In this document: positions 1-10,232 of the stretch, piece after piece
How the letters are laid out: every line of letters begins with the position of its first letter
How positions within the stretch are numbered: position 1 is the stretch's first letter
Origin: Tagaea sp.
Lineage (GTDB): Bacteria; Pseudomonadota; Alphaproteobacteria; CACIAM-22H2
Assembly: GCA_965279525.1 (NCBI GenBank)
Contig: CBDIIB010000005.1
Location: forward strand, 1,088,001 to 1,152,000
Direction: 5' to 3'
Length of the DNA stretch: 64,000 nucleotides
The notes under the pieces: model-generated
Databases searched by the model: none
Told to the model about the DNA's origin: nothing
Seen by the model: only the letters and a program-made list of their open reading frames with translations
Program-made: the position numbers and the translations under genes

Positions 1-1013
1 AGGTGGCCCGTCGACGAGCCCATCGCCAGGCACTTGCCTGTCGCGTCGACGTCGAGCCCGTGACGCAGCACGAGATCGTAGGCGTGCTTCTGCGGCAGGC
101 CCTTCGTCAGGACCTTGAAGCTCTTTGCCGCATCGCGCGTGCGCGCGACGACCATCTTGCCGCCGACCGGAATGCGGCATTCGTCCTTCACGCCAGGAAC
201 GAACCACGCCGTATCGGCGTCCTTGGGATGGGCCGCGACCGCGAAGCCGAACTTCGCGGGCCTGATCGCCGTCACCTCTTTCCAGGTCTCGCCGCCGTCG
301 GTCGAGCGGAACACGCCGTTGTGATGCTGCAGCCACAGCACGTCGGGCGAGGACGTACAGCGCGCGATGCGGTGCACGTCCTGCATGAAAGGATCCTCGC
401 GCCGGGCCGGCGGCATGTATTCGGCATAAAGACCCTTCGACGTGACGCGCCAGGTCTTGCCGCCGTCTTTCGTCTGCCACACGCCGCCGGTGGAGATCCC
501 CACGACGATCTTCTTCGAATCGCGCGGATCGACGAGGATCGAGTCGATGCCCGGCTTGTCGACATTGAAACCGCCCCCGCCCCATTCCTTGCGCGACGGC
601 TGGTTCCACAGGCCTTCGTTGAGCGTCCAGCTCTCGCCGCGATCGGCCGAACGGAAGAGCCCGCCCGAGACGGTGCCGCACCACAGCACGCCGGGCTCGT
701 CCTTGCCGCCCGTCTCGATCGAGAAGAGATACTCGACGTTCGGCCCGTCCTTCGCGCCGTCTTTCGACTCCGTCTTCGCGAAAGCGGGAGCGGTGACTTC
801 CTTCCAGCTCTTCCCTTCGTCGGTCGAGCGCTGGAGCTTCACGCCGAAATGGCCGAGCGACTGCGCCGCATAGAGCGCGCCGTCGCGCGGATCGCGCATC
901 GCCTGCGAAAGGATGTCGCCCAGGAAGGCCGTGCGCGCGATGCGCCAGCCCGATGCCGCGCGCCTTACGTCGAACAGGCCCTTGCGCGTGGCCACGAGGA
1001 TTCGCTTGCCCAT
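1..1013 (-). CDS. BNR/Asp-box repeat beta-propeller protein (exo-alpha-sialidase/WD40-YVTN-like), 3' end runs off the window
   Basis: Read directly on the minus strand from ATG at 1013 (AGGAG RBS upstream): MGKRILVATRKGLFDV... with Asp-box motifs RSTDEGKSW, RSADRGESW, TKDGGKTW, RSTDGGETW. Absent from the ORF track because there is no stop in the window. Confidence 0.85.
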   Translation of the reverse strand, partial: MGKRILVATRKGLFDVRRAASGWRIARTAFLGDILSQAMRDPRDGALYAAQSLGHFGVKLQRSTDEGKSWKEVTAPAFAKTESKDGAKDGPNVEYLFSIETGGKDEPGVLWCGTVSGGLFRSADRGESWTLNEGLWNQPSRKEWGGGGFNVDKPGIDSILVDPRDSKKIVVGISTGGVWQTKDGGKTWRVTSKGLYAEYMPPARREDPFMQDVHRIARCTSSPDVLWLQHHNGVFRSTDGGETWKEVTAIRPAKFGFAVAAHPKDADTAWFVPGVKDECRIPVGGKMVVARTRDAAKSFKVLTKGLPQKHAYDLVLRHGLDVDATGKCLAMGSSTGH

Positions 1014-1026
1014 TTTTCTACTCCTC

Positions 1027-1284
1027 TCAGCCGCCCGACAGGGCCTGGAACACGAAGATCTCGTCGTCCGGCCCGACCGGATCGGCAAGCTCTGCCCGTG
1101 CATCGTTGATATAGACGTTCACGTGCTTGCGGATGCGGCCCTGGTCATCGACGACGTAGGAGCGCAGGCGCGGATTCTCGGCAAACAGGTTTTCCAGCAC
1201 GGCACCGACCGTCGCCCCGGCGACGCGCGCCGTCGGGCACTCGACATGCCTCTTCAGGTTCCCGGTGAATGCGACGCGGGCCAT
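1027..1284 (-). CDS. MoaD/ThiS family ubiquitin-like sulfur-carrier protein
   Basis: 85 aa, beta-grasp pattern (GATVGAVLENLFAENPRLRSYVVDDQGRIRKHVNVYIN), C-terminal ALSGG diglycine. Confidence 0.9.
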   Translation of the reverse strand: MARVAFTGNLKRHVECPTARVAGATVGAVLENLFAENPRLRSYVVDDQGRIRKHVNVYINDARAELADPVGPDDEIFVFQALSGG

Positions 1285-1305
1285 CGTGCCGGATGCGCGG
1301 GGAAG

Positions 1306-3606
1306 CTACCGCACGATCGACTGGTAGGCGGAAAGGGCCGCCATGTTGACGATCTCGCCGACCGGCGCGCCGATCTGGACGATCTGGGCGGGCTTGGTGA
1401 GCCCGATCAGGATCGGCCCCAGCATCGTGCAGTTGCCGAGCTTCTGGACGAGCTTGGAGGAGATGTTCGCCGAGTGCAGGCCCGGCATCACCAGCACGTT
1501 GGCCGGCCCCGTGAGGCGGCAGAACGGGTAGAGGTTGCGCATCAGGTCGTAGTCGAGCGCCACGTCGGGGCCCATCTCGCCGTCGAACTCGAAGTCGAGC
1601 TTGCGCCCGCTGTCGGACATGCGTTCGAGCTCCTGCACGGCCTCGCGGACCTGGCTTCCCTTCTCGCGGTGCGGGTTGCCGAAGTTCGTGAACGAGCACA
1701 GCGCCACGCGCGGCTCGTGCCCCAGGCGCCTTGCGGCGGCAGCGGCGGCGATGGCGATCTCGGCCATGTCGCGCGCGTTGGGCAGTTCCGTCACCGTCGC
1801 GTCGGCGACGAACACGGTGCGCTCCTTGGTCATCATGATCGAGATGCCGATGCAGCGCTTGCCCTTCTCGACGTCGATCACGCGACGAACGTCGTCGAGC
1901 GCCTGATAGTAGCTGCGCGTCGTGCCCGTCACCATCGCGTCGACGTCGCCGACCGCGACCATCGTGGCGGCGAACGCGTTGCGGTCCTGGTTGATCAGGC
2001 GCTGGCAGTCGCGCTGCAGGAAGCCCTGCCGGCGCAGGCGCGAATAGAGATGCTCGACATAGCGCTTGTTCTCGTTCGACAGGCGCGCGTTGTGGATCTC
2101 GAGGCCCAGCTCCTTGGCCGACTGCGTCAGCCCCATCCCCTTCATCACTTCTTCGATCGTCTTCTCGCGGCCGATCAGCACCGGCGTGCCGTAACCGGCG
2201 TTGCGGTACGAGATCGCGGCACGGATCATCTTCTCGTCCTCGCCTTCGGCGAAAGCCACACGGCGCGGGTTGGCGCGCACCGTCTCGAAGATGCGGTCGA
2301 GCATGGCGGCCGTGGGATCGCGGCGCAGGCTCAGCGCGTGGCGGTAGGCGTTCATGTCGGCGATGGGCTTGCGCGCCACGCCCGATTCCATCGCCGCCTT
2401 GGCGACGGCGGCAGGCACCACCGAGATCAGGCGCGGATCGAACGGGACCGGGATGATGTATTCCGGGCCGTAGCGCAGGCGCTGGTTGGCGTAGGCGGCA
2501 TCGAGATCGTCGGGCACGTCCTCGCGCGCGAGGATGGCGATGGCGCGCGCGGCGGCGACCTTCATCTCCTCGTTGATCGTGCGCGCGCGCACGTCCAGCG
2601 CACCCCGGAAGATGAACGGGAAGCCGAGCACGTTGTTGACCTGGTTCGGGTAGTCCGAGCGGCCGGTTGCGATGATGCAGTCGGGTCGCGCTTCCTTGGC
2701 TTCTTCCGGCGTGATCTCGGGATCGGGATTGGCCATCGCGAAGATGATGGGCTTGGGCGCCATCGCGCGGACCATGTCCTGCGTGATCGCCCCCTTGGCC
2801 GACAGGCCGAACACGACGTCGACGCCTTCCATGGCCTGGGCGAGCGTGCGCGCCTTCGTCGGCACGGCATGCGCCGACTTCCACTGGTTCATCGATTCCG
2901 TGCGGCCCTGGTAGATGACGCCCTTGGTGTCGCACAGGATGACGTTCTCGTGCGGCATGCCCATCGCCTTGACGAGCTCGGCGCACGCGATGCCGGCGGA
3001 CCCGGCACCGTTGATGACCATCTTCGTCGTGCGGATGTCGCGGTTCGTGAGATCCAGCGAATTGATGAGGCCGGCGGCCGCGACGATCGCGGTGCCGTGC
3101 TGGTCGTCGTGGAAGACCGGGATGTCGAGAAGCTCGCGCAGGCGCTGCTCGATGACGAAGCACTCGGGTGCCTTGATGTCCTCGAGATTGATGCCGCCGA
3201 ACGTGACGCCGATATAGCGCACGCAGTTGACGAACTGGTCGACGTCCTTGGTGTCGACCTCGATGTCGATCGCGTCGACGTCGGCGAAGCGCTTGAAGAG
3301 CACGGCCTTGCCCTCCATCACCGGCTTGCCGCCGAGTGCGCCCAGATCGCCAAGGCCGAGCACGGCCGTGCCGTTCGAGATGACGGCGACGAGATTGCCC
3401 TTGGACGTGTAGTCGTAGGCCGCGTCCGGGTTCTTCGCGATGTGCAGGCAGGGCCATGCCACGCCGGGCGAGTAGGCGAGAGAAAGATCGCGCTGGGTCG
3501 TCAGCGGTTTCGTCGCGTTGATTTCGATCTTGCCGGCCTTGCCGCCCTGGTGATGGAACAGCAGCGATTCCTGCTCGGTCACCGGGCCTGTGGCGTCGTT
3601 CGACAT
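1306..3606 (-). CDS. maeB: NADP-dependent malic enzyme with C-terminal PTA-like domain
   Basis: 766 aa; [45 protein letters not shown], followed by a phosphotransacetylase-like domain (FAEGED, DGEM). Confidence 0.96.
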   Translation of the reverse strand: MSNDATGPVTEQESLLFHHQGGKAGKIEINATKPLTTQRDLSLAYSPGVAWPCLHIAKNPDAAYDYTSKGNLVAVISNGTAVLGLGDLGALGGKPVMEGKAVLFKRFADVDAIDIEVDTKDVDQFVNCVRYIGVTFGGINLEDIKAPECFVIEQRLRELLDIPVFHDDQHGTAIVAAAGLINSLDLTNRDIRTTKMVINGAGSAGIACAELVKAMGMPHENVILCDTKGVIYQGRTESMNQWKSAHAVPTKARTLAQAMEGVDVVFGLSAKGAITQDMVRAMAPKPIIFAMANPDPEITPEEAKEARPDCIIATGRSDYPNQVNNVLGFPFIFRGALDVRARTINEEMKVAAARAIAILAREDVPDDLDAAYANQRLRYGPEYIIPVPFDPRLISVVPAAVAKAAMESGVARKPIADMNAYRHALSLRRDPTAAMLDRIFETVRANPRRVAFAEGEDEKMIRAAISYRNAGYGTPVLIGREKTIEEVMKGMGLTQSAKELGLEIHNARLSNENKRYVEHLYSRLRRQGFLQRDCQRLINQDRNAFAATMVAVGDVDAMVTGTTRSYYQALDDVRRVIDVEKGKRCIGISIMMTKERTVFVADATVTELPNARDMAEIAIAAAAAARRLGHEPRVALCSFTNFGNPHREKGSQVREAVQELERMSDSGRKLDFEFDGEMGPDVALDYDLMRNLYPFCRLTGPANVLVMPGLHSANISSKLVQKLGNCTMLGPILIGLTKPAQIVQIGAPVGEIVNMAALSAYQSIVR

Positions 3607-3739
3607 GTGGCGTTTTCTTTCCCTGAAATCGTCGCGGCTTGCGCGGGGGCGTGCCCGCTGCTTTTTTGAGGTGGCTATGGTACGGGGAACATCCGCTCGC
3701 CGTCAAAACTCTCGACCGCAAAAAGATTGCTGCACTGCA

Positions 3740-6403
3740 ATGTCAGAACTCGACGCCCAGACCACCCCGATGATGACGCAGTACCTGGAGCTGAAGCGCC
3801 AGTATCCCGGTTGCCTACTTTTTTATCGCATGGGCGATTTCTACGAGCTTTTCTTCGAAGACGCAGTTGCAGCATCCAAGGCGCTCGACATCACGCTGAC
3901 CAAGCGTGGTCAACATGCGGGCAACCAGATCCCGATGTGCGGCGTTCCGTGGCATGCGCACGAGGCATATCTGGCCCGCCTGATCCGGCAAGGGTTCCGC
4001 GTCGCCATCTGCGAGCAGATCGAGGATGCCGCCGAAGCCAAGAAGCGCGGCGGCGGCAAGACGCTCGTGCGCCGCGACGTGGTGCGCGTCGTCACGCCCG
4101 GCACGCTGACTGAAGATTCGCTGCTCGACGCGCGTGCCAACAACTTCCTTGCCTGCCTCGCCGAAGCCGGCGGGGCCTTGGGACTTGCGTGGCTCGACAT
4201 GTCGACCGGCGATTTCCGCATCGAGAGCGTGGCAGTGCCTTCGCTGGCGGCCGCCCTCGCGCGCGTGGCGCCGGGCGAACTGCTTCTTGCCGACCGGCTG
4301 ACCGCGCGCGACGACATGCTTGCGGCCCTCGAACCGCTGAAGCAGCGCCTCACGCCGCTGCCCTCCGCGCGTTTCGACAGCGAAAACGCGCGAAGGCGGC
4401 TGGAAGCGCTCTATGCCGTGAAGTCGCTCGACGGGTTCGGCACTTTCGCGCGCGCCGAGATCGCCGCGGCCGGCGCGCTCGTCGACTATGTCGAGCTCAC
4501 GCAGAAGGGCAAGCTGCCGCGCTTCCTGCCGCCGCAGCGCCTGTCGGCATCCGACGCGATGGAGATCGATCCCGCGACGCGCCGCTCGCTCGAGCTTGGC
4601 GAGACGCAGACCGGCGAGCGCAAGGGCTCGCTGCTCGCCACCATCGACCGCACGCTGACGGCGGCCGGGGCACGCATGCTTGCCGCCCGCCTCGCCGCCC
4701 CGCTTGCCGATCCCCTCGCCATCGGCGAACGCCTCGACATGGTCGGCTATTTCGTCGAAGCCTCACGCGCGCGCGATGCCTTGCGCGACGCACTGAAGGG
4801 CTTTCCCGATCTGGAGCGCGCGTTGCAGCGCCTGGCACTCGGTCGCGGCGGCCCGCGCGACCTGGCTGCCATCGCGCAGGGACTGGCGAAGCTGCCGCAG
4901 GTACGCGCCCACGTCGCACCCCAGCCGCTCGATGCGGTTCCCGCAGGCATCGGTGCCGCACTTGGCGAGCTGGGAAATCACGGCGCACTCGTCGAGAAGC
5001 TCGAATCCGCGCTTGCCGCCGACCTGCCGCTCGATCCGCGCGACGGCGGCTTCATCCGGCCGGGCTACGCGGCCGATCTCGACCGGCATCTGGAACTGCG
5101 CGACGAAAGCCGCCGGTTGGTCGCCGCCCTCCAGCAGCGCTATGCCGACGAGACCGGCATTTCGCAGCTGCGCATCAAGCACAACAACGTCATCGGCTAT
5201 TTCATCGAGGTCAACTCCACCCAGGCCGACAAGCTGCTGAAGCCGGGCGGCATGTTCATCCACCGCCAGACGATGGCGGGCGCGGTGCGCTTCACGACCG
5301 TCGAGCTGGGCGAGCTTGAAAGTGCCGTCACCGGGGCGCGCGACAAGGCGCTGGCGCTGGAACTTTCGATCTTCGCGGATCTCACGCGCACCACGCTCGA
5401 CCATGCCGGTCCGGTCGGGCTGGCGGCACAGGCACTCGCAAGGCTCGACGTGTCCGCTTCCCTTGCCGATCTTGCCGTCGACCGCGACTGGTGCCGCCCC
5501 GTCGTGGATGCAAGCCGCGTCTTCGCGATCGAAGGCGGGCGCCATCCGGTCGTCGAGGCGGCACTGGCCCAGCAGAGTGCGGGCTTCGTCGCCAACGACT
5601 GCACGCTCGATGCCGAAGACGGCCAGTTCCTGTGGCTGGTCACCGGGCCCAACATGGCCGGCAAATCGACCTTCCTGCGCCAGAACGCGCTGATCGCGGT
5701 GCTCGCCCAGACGGGCGCGTTCGTGCCGGCGAAGAAGGCACGCATTGGCGTGGTCGACCGGCTGTTCAGCCGCGTGGGTGCCGCCGACGATCTCGCGCGC
5801 GGCCGCTCGACCTTCATGGTCGAGATGGTCGAGACCGCGGCGATCCTCAATCTCGCCACGCGGCACTCGCTGGTGATCCTTGACGAGATCGGGCGCGGGA
5901 CCGCGACCTACGACGGCCTTTCGATCGCGTGGGCGTGTGTGGAACATCTGCACGGCGTCAACGCGTGCCGGGCCCTGTTCGCCACGCACTATCACGAGCT
6001 GACGGCGTTGGCCGCGAAGCTCCCCGGGCTTTCGTGCCGCACGATGCGCGTGAAGGAATGGAAGGGCGAGGTCGTGTTCCTGCACGAGGTCGCGGCGGGA
6101 ACGGCCGACCGCTCCTACGGCATCCATGTCGCGAAGCTCGCAGGCCTGCCGGCGGCGGCCGTGGCGCGCGCCGAAGCCGTGCTCGCCTCGCTCGAACAGG
6201 GCGGCGAGCAGCGCAATCTTGCCAAGATGGCCGACGACCTGCCGCTGTTCTCCGCGCGGCCTGCGTCGGGGCCGGTGCGCGCGGAAAAATCGGCACTTGC
6301 CGAAGCGCTCGCCGCGATCAATCCCGACGAGCTTGCGCCCAAACAGGCGCTCGATGCGCTCTACGCGCTCCGATCCATCCTCACGAAGGAGTCCCAGACA
6401 TGA
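3740..6403 (+). CDS. mutS: DNA mismatch repair protein MutS
   Basis: [33 protein letters not shown]-loop, STFMVEM, DEIGRGT, SYGIHVA; start taken at ATG 3740 (MSELDAQ). Confidence 0.97.
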   Translation: MSELDAQTTPMMTQYLELKRQYPGCLLFYRMGDFYELFFEDAVAASKALDITLTKRGQHAGNQIPMCGVPWHAHEAYLARLIRQGFRVAICEQIEDAAEAKKRGGGKTLVRRDVVRVVTPGTLTEDSLLDARANNFLACLAEAGGALGLAWLDMSTGDFRIESVAVPSLAAALARVAPGELLLADRLTARDDMLAALEPLKQRLTPLPSARFDSENARRRLEALYAVKSLDGFGTFARAEIAAAGALVDYVELTQKGKLPRFLPPQRLSASDAMEIDPATRRSLELGETQTGERKGSLLATIDRTLTAAGARMLAARLAAPLADPLAIGERLDMVGYFVEASRARDALRDALKGFPDLERALQRLALGRGGPRDLAAIAQGLAKLPQVRAHVAPQPLDAVPAGIGAALGELGNHGALVEKLESALAADLPLDPRDGGFIRPGYAADLDRHLELRDESRRLVAALQQRYADETGISQLRIKHNNVIGYFIEVNSTQADKLLKPGGMFIHRQTMAGAVRFTTVELGELESAVTGARDKALALELSIFADLTRTTLDHAGPVGLAAQALARLDVSASLADLAVDRDWCRPVVDASRVFAIEGGRHPVVEAALAQQSAGFVANDCTLDAEDGQFLWLVTGPNMAGKSTFLRQNALIAVLAQTGAFVPAKKARIGVVDRLFSRVGAADDLARGRSTFMVEMVETAAILNLATRHSLVILDEIGRGTATYDGLSIAWACVEHLHGVNACRALFATHYHELTALAAKLPGLSCRTMRVKEWKGEVVFLHEVAAGTADRSYGIHVAKLAGLPAAAVARAEAVLASLEQGGEQRNLAKMADDLPLFSARPASGPVRAEKSALAEALAAINPDELAPKQALDALYALRSILTKESQT

Positions 6404-7095
6404 AGGTCGCGCTGCTTACCGGTGCCGGCAAGGGAATGGGGGCCGCGTGCGCGCGCGAGCTCGTCGCGCGCGGCTGGCAGGTGGCGCTGCTGTCGCCGTC
6501 GGGCGGTGCGGAAAAGCTCGCCAAAGAACTTGGCGGCGTGGGTGTCACCGGTTCGGTCGTCGAGACCGCCGACCTGCAACGCCTCGTCGACGCGGCGATG
6601 GAAAAGTGGGGCCGCATCGACGGCGTGGTCACGTCCACGGGCCATCCGCCCAAGGGCGACCTGCTTGCGCTCGACGATGCGGCGTGGCGCACGGGTCTCG
6701 ACCTCATCATCCTCAACGTCGTGAAACTCGCGCGCATGGTCACGCCGATCATGGAGAAGCAGGGCAGCGGGGCGTGGGTCAACATCTCGACCTTCGCCGC
6801 GTTCGAGCCCGACCTCATCTTCCCGATTTCCTGCACGCTGCGCGCAGGATTGGGCGCCTTCGCCAAGCTCTATGCCGACCGCTACGCGAAGGCCGGCATC
6901 CGGATGAACAACCTGCTGCCCGGCTTCATCGATTCGCTGCCCGTCAAGGAAGCGCTGCTGCCGAAGATCCCGATGGGCCGCTACGGCAAGACTGCCGAGA
7001 TCGCCAAGACCGCGGCGTTCCTGCTGTCGGAAGACGCCGGCTACATCACCGGGCAGAACCTGCGCGTCGACGGCGGCATCACGCGCTCGGTATAA
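6400..7095 (+). CDS. SDR family oxidoreductase
   Basis: [14 protein letters not shown] Rossmann motif, C-terminal [12 protein letters not shown]; ATGA overlap with the mutS stop. Confidence 0.9.
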   Translation: MKVALLTGAGKGMGAACARELVARGWQVALLSPSGGAEKLAKELGGVGVTGSVVETADLQRLVDAAMEKWGRIDGVVTSTGHPPKGDLLALDDAAWRTGLDLIILNVVKLARMVTPIMEKQGSGAWVNISTFAAFEPDLIFPISCTLRAGLGAFAKLYADRYAKAGIRMNNLLPGFIDSLPVKEALLPKIPMGRYGKTAEIAKTAAFLLSEDAGYITGQNLRVDGGITRSV

Positions 7096-7105
7096 TGCGG
7101 GCGGC

Positions 7106-8374
7106 ATGAAGCAGGCACTGCCCCTCGCGTTGGTTCTGGCACTCGCGGCCTGCGCGCCGGCCGAGCCGCCCCCGGCACCGACGCCGGCCGGGCATGTCGG
7201 GCCCGTCTTCGATGCGGGCGGATGGGATGGCGAAGCGCTGGGCAGGGGAGCGGACTATCCGCGCGCCCAGCGCGGGCGCCGGGTCGAGCGGCGGGAACTG
7301 GTCGGCACGTTCTCGGCCTACGACCAAGTCTATGCCGCACGCGCCATCGCGGCCCCCGCGCAGCCTTCGGCGCTGCGTCGCGCTCCGGAACCGGGGATCC
7401 TTTACGAGACGCCGTCCGGCCGGCGCGACATCGACCACTATCTCGCGAACAATCCGACGACCGCGCTGCTGATCGCCAAGGGCGACACGATCCTCGTCGA
7501 GCGCTACCGCTACGCGCGGCGCGAGGACACGCGTTTCACGTCGTTCTCGATGGCCAAGACGATCACCGCGATGCTGTTCGGCATCGCCGTGTCGGAAGGG
7601 CGCATCCGTTCGCTCGACGACACGGCCGAAACCTACGTGCCCGAGCTCAAGGGCAGCGAATACGGCCGCACGCCGATCCGCGCATTGCTGTCGATGTCGT
7701 CGGGCGTGCAGTATCGCGAGGATTACGACGGCAACGACGATGCCGCGCGCCTCGCGCGCGACACGTTCCTGGGTGTGGGGCCCGGCGGGCCGGGCATCCT
7801 GCGCCAGTTCAACGTGCGCATCGCGCCGCCCGACACGCGCTTTTACTACGCGGGGGCCGAGACCCAGACGCTGGGCGCCATTCTCGCGGCCGTTACCGGG
7901 CGAACGCTCGGCGACTATGCGGGCGAAAAGCTGTGGCGACCGCTCGGCGCGGAAGCGGGTGCCAGCTGGGTCATCGACCGTGCAGGTGCCGAGTCCGCCT
8001 ATTGCTGCTTCCAGGCCACCTTGCGCGACTGGGCGCGACTGGGCCTGATGCTCGCGCATGACGGTGCGTGGAACGGACGGCAGATCGTGCCGCGCGACTG
8101 GGTGGTCGCGGCGACGTCGGTCGATCCGCGCCGGCGACACCTGGCACCGGGAACGGCGACGCGCTATTTCGGCTACGGCTACCAGACCTGGATCTTCCCG
8201 GGTCCGGGTCGCACGTTCGCGCTGCAGGGCGTTTACGGCCAGACCGTCTATGTCGATCCGGCCGCACGACTCGTGATGGTGCACCTCGCCGCGCGCGGCG
8301 GTGCGCGCGATCCGGGTGGCGCCCAGACGACCGCGCTGTGGCGCGGCGTGCGCGCCGCCCTCGCCGGCAACTAG
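7106..8374 (+). CDS. Serine hydrolase, beta-lactamase/NylB-like family, predicted lipoprotein
   Basis: Lipobox LAAC, SFSMAK (SxxK), LLSMSSG, LRDWARLG, GYGYQTW, GVYGQ. Confidence 0.88.
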   Translation: MKQALPLALVLALAACAPAEPPPAPTPAGHVGPVFDAGGWDGEALGRGADYPRAQRGRRVERRELVGTFSAYDQVYAARAIAAPAQPSALRRAPEPGILYETPSGRRDIDHYLANNPTTALLIAKGDTILVERYRYARREDTRFTSFSMAKTITAMLFGIAVSEGRIRSLDDTAETYVPELKGSEYGRTPIRALLSMSSGVQYREDYDGNDDAARLARDTFLGVGPGGPGILRQFNVRIAPPDTRFYYAGAETQTLGAILAAVTGRTLGDYAGEKLWRPLGAEAGASWVIDRAGAESAYCCFQATLRDWARLGLMLAHDGAWNGRQIVPRDWVVAATSVDPRRRHLAPGTATRYFGYGYQTWIFPGPGRTFALQGVYGQTVYVDPAARLVMVHLAARGGARDPGGAQTTALWRGVRAALAGN

Positions 8375-8375
8375 C

Positions 8376-9251
8376 TCAGGTCCCGCGGCCCCACACGCCG
8401 CAATAGCGGCGCGCGACGAAGGGCAGGCCGGCTTCGTAGCCGGGCCAGTCCTTGTATTTCGGCAGCGCGAATTCCTTTTCCGCCGTGTCCCAGCATTTGC
8501 CGGCCTGGGCGAGCACCTTCATCGTGGCCGACGCGTCGCGCAACAGCTCGAGCATGTCGCGCGCGTCCTGCTTGGTGCCGAGCCGGTCGCCGGGACCGGG
8601 ATGGCCGGGGATCATGCGCTCCCAGTCCATCTTGAGGACGTCTTCGATGAACGTCTCGGTCTTCAGCGGATCGATGTCGATGAAGCCGCGCGCGGGCATC
8701 TGCCCGACCGGGATCGTGTCGACGAGGAAGATGATCTTTTCCTTCGGCAGGCGCATCACGAGCGTGGAGTCCGAATGGTTGACGCCCAGATAGCGCAGCT
8801 CGAGCTTGGTGCCGCCAAGCTCGACCGTGCGGAATTTCGAGAACGACTGGTCGGGCAGAACCGTATGCGGATCCTTGAGCGCCTTCAGCCGCACCGCCGC
8901 GTTGCGGTGCGCGATGAAGACCGCACCGGCGTCCTTGAACGCCTTGCCGCCGGCGATGTGGTCGAAATGATGGTGGCTGTAGATCACGTACTTGACCGGC
9001 TTGTCGGTCACCTTGCGGATCTCTTCGAGATACTGCCGGCCGCCGTCGGGCTTGCCGTAGGCGACCGGGTCGGTCGCGATCACGCCTTCGGGCGTGACGA
9101 CGAACATCGCCTGATGGCCGCCGTTGCGGAAGATGTAGACGTTGTCGGTGCCCGCGACCTTGGTCGTCTGGATCGGCGGGCGCTGGGCGGTGGCGGGTGC
9201 GGCAAGCAGCAGGGCTGCGAATGCGAGTACGGCGATCCGGATCGGCGACAT
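8376..9251 (-). CDS. Secreted MBL-fold metallo-hydrolase
   Basis: Signal peptide MSPIRIAVLAFAALLLAAPATA, SHHHFDH (HxHxDH), NHSD, IPGH; GGAGG RBS. Confidence 0.88.
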   Translation of the reverse strand: MSPIRIAVLAFAALLLAAPATAQRPPIQTTKVAGTDNVYIFRNGGHQAMFVVTPEGVIATDPVAYGKPDGGRQYLEEIRKVTDKPVKYVIYSHHHFDHIAGGKAFKDAGAVFIAHRNAAVRLKALKDPHTVLPDQSFSKFRTVELGGTKLELRYLGVNHSDSTLVMRLPKEKIIFLVDTIPVGQMPARGFIDIDPLKTETFIEDVLKMDWERMIPGHPGPGDRLGTKQDARDMLELLRDASATMKVLAQAGKCWDTAEKEFALPKYKDWPGYEAGLPFVARRYCGVWGRGT

Positions 9252-9286
9252 CGTTTCCTCCCGAGGGTTTTCCCTTGGGCGCGATC

Positions 9287-9730
9287 CTAGCGCAGGCCGA
9301 GCAGCTCGACGTCGAAAACCAACACCGAATTGGGTGGGATCGCGTTCCCCGCCCCGCGCGCGCCGTAGCCGAGGTCGGCCGGTATCACCAGCGTGCGCTG
9401 GCCGCCGACCTTCATGGACGCGACACCCTCGTCCCAGCCCTTGATGACCCGCCCGGCGCCGAGCGGGAATTCGAAGGGCTGGCCACGGTCGCGCGAGGAG
9501 TCGAACTTCTTGCCGCGCGCCCCGTTCTCCAGCAGCCAACCGGTGTAGTGGACGCGCGCGGTGCGGCCGGCGGAGGCCGCCTCGCCGGTTCCTTCGCGAA
9601 TGTCGAGGATGCCGAGGCCCGAGCGTGTGCGCGTAGCGGCGGAAAGCTCGGGACCCTGCGCTGCGGCCGGTGCTGCGGCGAGGGCAAGAAGCGAACCGAG
9701 GAGCGTGCGGCGGGCGAATCGGGTTTCCAT
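9287..9730 (-). CDS. FKBP-type peptidyl-prolyl cis-trans isomerase (possible Tat signal)
   Basis: VHYTGWL, KFDSSRDRGQPF, VIKGWDEG, LGYG, IPPNSVLVFDVELL; N-terminal ARRTLL plus hydrophobic stretch. Confidence 0.93.
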   Translation of the reverse strand: METRFARRTLLGSLLALAAAPAAAQGPELSAATRTRSGLGILDIREGTGEAASAGRTARVHYTGWLLENGARGKKFDSSRDRGQPFEFPLGAGRVIKGWDEGVASMKVGGQRTLVIPADLGYGARGAGNAIPPNSVLVFDVELLGLR

Positions 9731-9740
9731 GGCCCCGAAC

Positions 9741-10187
9741 CTAGCGCCCCGGCGCCGGCATTTCCACCCGCCGCGTTTCGCCTGGTGCACGGCCGAAATC
9801 GAGCTCCAGCACCGCGCGCGGGGCAAGCTGCGGCCAGGCATCGGGATCGGGCACCCAGATGCGCGCACCGGATTGCGCCAATGAAGGTGCGCGTGCGCTG
9901 CCGAGCGGGACCGAGAGGCCGATGCCGGCATCGATGCCCGAGGACGAACCGCCCGAAATGCCGATGCCGAATGCCGGCCGGTCCGGCCCGCCGTCGCCGG
10001 TGATCCGCTCGGCCTCGACCCGCGTTCCGTCGGGCAGGACGAGGCGGGCCGCCGACAGCGGCAACGGGTCGCGCGCGCGGATCTCGATCCGCCGTCCGCC
10101 GCCGGCAAGTTCGGCAGTCACCGAAGGGCCGGATTCAGGCGTGCAGGCGGCGGCGAGCAGGACGATCAGGGCAAAAAAGTGGCGCAA
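9741..10187 (-). CDS. Hypothetical lipoprotein
   Basis: TTG start after GGAGG; LRHFFALIVLLAAAC lipobox; Gly-rich FGIGISGGSSSGIDAGIGLSVP; forms the C-terminal part of the 1644-aa shadow ORF. Confidence 0.65.
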   Translation of the reverse strand: MRHFFALIVLLAAACTPESGPSVTAELAGGGRRIEIRARDPLPLSAARLVLPDGTRVEAERITGDGGPDRPAFGIGISGGSSSGIDAGIGLSVPLGSARAPSLAQSGARIWVPDPDAWPQLAPRAVLELDFGRAPGETRRVEMPAPGR

Positions 10188-10232
10188 TTCGAAAGCCTCC
10201 CGGCGGGTCGGGAATCCGACTATATACGTGCC

